From: an uncultured Chloroflexia bacterium
GTDB taxonomy: Bacteria; Chloroflexota; Limnocylindria; Limnocylindrales; CSP1-4
DNA: 64,000 bases
Assembly: GCA_963746845.1 (NCBI GenBank)
Contig: CAVVCZ010000004.1
Span: 224,001 to 288,000 of the forward strand
Direction: 5' to 3'
The position numbers and the translations under genes are program-made. How positions within the stretch are numbered: position 1 is the stretch's first letter; every line of letters starts with the position of its first letter. Under the pieces are notes generated by a model, which was not told the DNA's origin, made no database searches, and saw only the letters and a program-made list of their open reading frames with translations. This document shows, piece after piece, positions 61,822-64,000 of this stretch.

Positions 61822-62604
61822 GTGACACCGACCGACAAGCCGCTGCCGGACCACGTCCTGCGCAACCGCGCAGCGTGGGATCGCTGGGCAGCCGACTACG
61901 TCGCGAACGGCGAGGTGAGCTGGCGGCTCGCGCCCGGCGACGAGAAGTGGGGGACCTGGGACATCCCGGAGGGGGACCTCCACCTGTTCCCGGACGACCT
62001 GACCGGCCGCGACACGATCGAGCTCGGGTGCGGGACGGCGTACATCTCCGCCTGGCTGGCCCGGCGCGGCGCGCGCCCGGTCGGAATCGACAACTCGGAG
62101 GGGCAGCTCGCGACCGCCCGTCGCCTCCAGGCGGAGCACGGGCTCGAGTTCCCCCTCGTCCACGGCAACGCCGAGCACGTGCCGTATCCCGACGCGAGCT
62201 TCGACCTCGCGATCTCCGAGTACGGCGCGTCGATCTGGGCCGATCCGTACGCCTGGATCCCGGAGGCCGCCCGCCTGCTGCGGCCCGGTGGCCGGCTGAT
62301 CTTCCTGATCAACTCGACCCTGCTGATGCTCTGCATGCCGGACGAGGAGCGGCCCGCCACGAACGAGCTCATCCGGCCGCTTCGCGGGCTCCATCGGCTC
62401 GAGTGGTCCGACGACGAGTCGGTCAACTTCGCGCTGGGTCACGGCGACTGGATCCGGCTGCTGCGCGGGAGCGGCTTCGAGATCGAAGACCTTCGCGAGC
62501 TCTGGCCGCCCGACGGCGCGACGACGGACTTCCCCTACGTCACCCCGGACTGGGCTGCGCAGTGGCCCAGCGAGGAGGTCTGGATCGCCCGCAAGCGCGG
62601 CTGA
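61822..62604 (+). CDS. Class I SAM-dependent methyltransferase
   Basis: IELGCGTA, FDLAISEYGA, RLLRPGG; AGGAG RBS. Confidence 0.9.
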   Translation: MTPTDKPLPDHVLRNRAAWDRWAADYVANGEVSWRLAPGDEKWGTWDIPEGDLHLFPDDLTGRDTIELGCGTAYISAWLARRGARPVGIDNSEGQLATARRLQAEHGLEFPLVHGNAEHVPYPDASFDLAISEYGASIWADPYAWIPEAARLLRPGGRLIFLINSTLLMLCMPDEERPATNELIRPLRGLHRLEWSDDESVNFALGHGDWIRLLRGSGFEIEDLRELWPPDGATTDFPYVTPDWAAQWPSEEVWIARKRG

Positions 62605-62714
62605 CTCAGCCGGGCCGTGACGGGCGCTCGGAAGTCCGATCCGCCGCGGTTCGACGTATGGGCTCGCATGTCCATGCCGCCCCGAAACCGCCGCCTCCGT
62701 TACCCTTCCCACCC

Positions 62715-64000
62715 GTGACCGACGACGCCCGCGCCTCGCTCCCGACCTCGCAGCCGGACCCGCAACCCGTCGACCGTCCCGGTCGACCGTGGACCGTGCG
62801 CGTCGCGGCCTGGAGCGCCCGGCATCGATGGCCGGTGTTCGTGCTCTGGTTCGTCGCGACGATCGGCCTGTTCGTCGGCAGCCTGGCGTCCGGCGGCACG
62901 CGGGCCGTGGACGCGGTCTCGCGGGACCAGCGCTCGCGCTACGAGTCCAGCGAGGCGTACCTGGTCTACAGCGACGCCAACGCCTCGGCCGGCCAACTGG
63001 CGCCCGCGTCCCAGCAGTTCCTCCTGCTGGTGTCCACGCCATCGGGCGCCGTCACGGATCCTGCGTTCAAGGCGGCGATCGCGGACATCATGGATCGGCT
63101 GACCGCGCTCCAGTCGACGGTCGACGGAGTGTCCGGGCCCGTGTTCCAGGACTTCGTCGATCCGACGACCGCGCCGCCCCAGGCGGGCCTCGTCTCGCCG
63201 GACCGGACCACCGCCGAGATCGTCGCCCGGGTCCTCGGCGACGGCGCCGCCCTGACGGCGCGACTCGGACCGGTCAAGGCTGCCCTCGACGAGATCCGGG
63301 CGGCCCATCCGGACCTCCAGATCCACGCGTTGAACAACGCCCTCGCGAACAACGAGATCAGCGAGCTGATCACGGGCGGGCTGGACAAGTCGCTGATGCT
63401 GACGATCCCGATCACGTTCCTGATCCTGCTGATCGCCTTCGGAGCGGTCGTCGCGGCGATCGTCCCGCTCGTCCTCGCGGTGACCGCGTTGCTGGCGGCG
63501 TTCGGGATCCTCGGTCTCTACAGCCAGCTGGTCACGCCCGTCAGCCCGTATGCCAGCCAGCTCGTCGTCCTGATCGGACTGGCCGTCGCCGTCGACTACT
63601 CGCTGTTCATGGTCACCCGGTTCCGGACGGAGCGCCGGCACGGTCGGAAGAAGCTCGGCGCGATCGAGGCATCGAGTGCGACCGCCGGCCGGGCGGTCTT
63701 CTTCTCGGGCCTCGCGGTGATGATCTCGATCGGCGGGCTGTTCCTGCTCGACGACCCGCTGTTCCGCTCGATGGCCGTCGGAACGATCTCGGTCGTGCTG
63801 GTGGCGGTCATCGGGTCGCTGACGTTCCTGCCGGCGACCCTCGCGATCCTCGGCGACGGCGTGAACCGCCTCCGGATCCCGATCATCGGCCGCGAGCGCC
63901 CGGAGGGCAGCGGGATCTGGGCGACCGTCGTCCGCGCGGTCATGCGTCGGCCCGTGATCGCCGCTGTCGGCAGTGGCGCGCTCCTGCTGGTGCTGGCGTT
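62715..64000 (+). CDS. MMPL family transporter (3' end outside window)
   Basis: Manual translation: AWSARHRWPVFVLW, IGLAVAVDYSLFMVTRFRTE, TAGRAVFFSG, SLTFLPA. Confidence 0.9.
   Translation, partial: MTDDARASLPTSQPDPQPVDRPGRPWTVRVAAWSARHRWPVFVLWFVATIGLFVGSLASGGTRAVDAVSRDQRSRYESSEAYLVYSDANASAGQLAPASQQFLLLVSTPSGAVTDPAFKAAIADIMDRLTALQSTVDGVSGPVFQDFVDPTTAPPQAGLVSPDRTTAEIVARVLGDGAALTARLGPVKAALDEIRAAHPDLQIHALNNALANNEISELITGGLDKSLMLTIPITFLILLIAFGAVVAAIVPLVLAVTALLAAFGILGLYSQLVTPVSPYASQLVVLIGLAVAVDYSLFMVTRFRTERRHGRKKLGAIEASSATAGRAVFFSGLAVMISIGGLFLLDDPLFRSMAVGTISVVLVAVIGSLTFLPATLAILGDGVNRLRIPIIGRERPEGSGIWATVVRAVMRRPVIAAVGSGALLLVLA

Overview
High-GC bacterial chromosomal window, densely coding. I infer Chloroflexota (Limnocylindria/Ellin6529-like) from gene content and style; this is not verified. 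It holds about 60 housekeeping, metabolic and regulatory CDS and two tRNAs (Glu-CTC, Arg-TCT). I see no CRISPR array, prophage, integrase or transposase. Recognisable modules: a dgcN/dgcA-like pair, an orphan N4-C/N6-A methyltransferase, a GAF-GAF-GGDEF cyclase, an MprAB/PepD-like two-component locus with three TCTCAG-N5-TCTCAG boxes, an ECF sigma coupled to an Ogt protein with a C-terminal Ada Zn domain, a split B12-dependent acyl-CoA mutase with isobutyryl-CoA-mutase residues plus MeaB and hbd, folE, trxA, three ABC systems and a PAS/GAF hybrid kinase. The most notable signals are four. (1) Two copies, 8.4 kb apart, of a ~115-nt intergenic element with near-identical loops and compensatory stem changes. 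(2) The ECF/Ogt-Ada pair, a possible alkylation-sensing sigma/anti-sigma switch. (3) A perfect LexA-type box next to three phased DnaA-type boxes upstream of an unknown gene. (4) Pervasive TANNNT-N6/7-start (leaderless) gene starts. Three genes carry single +1 frameshifts, most likely sequencing or assembly errors.
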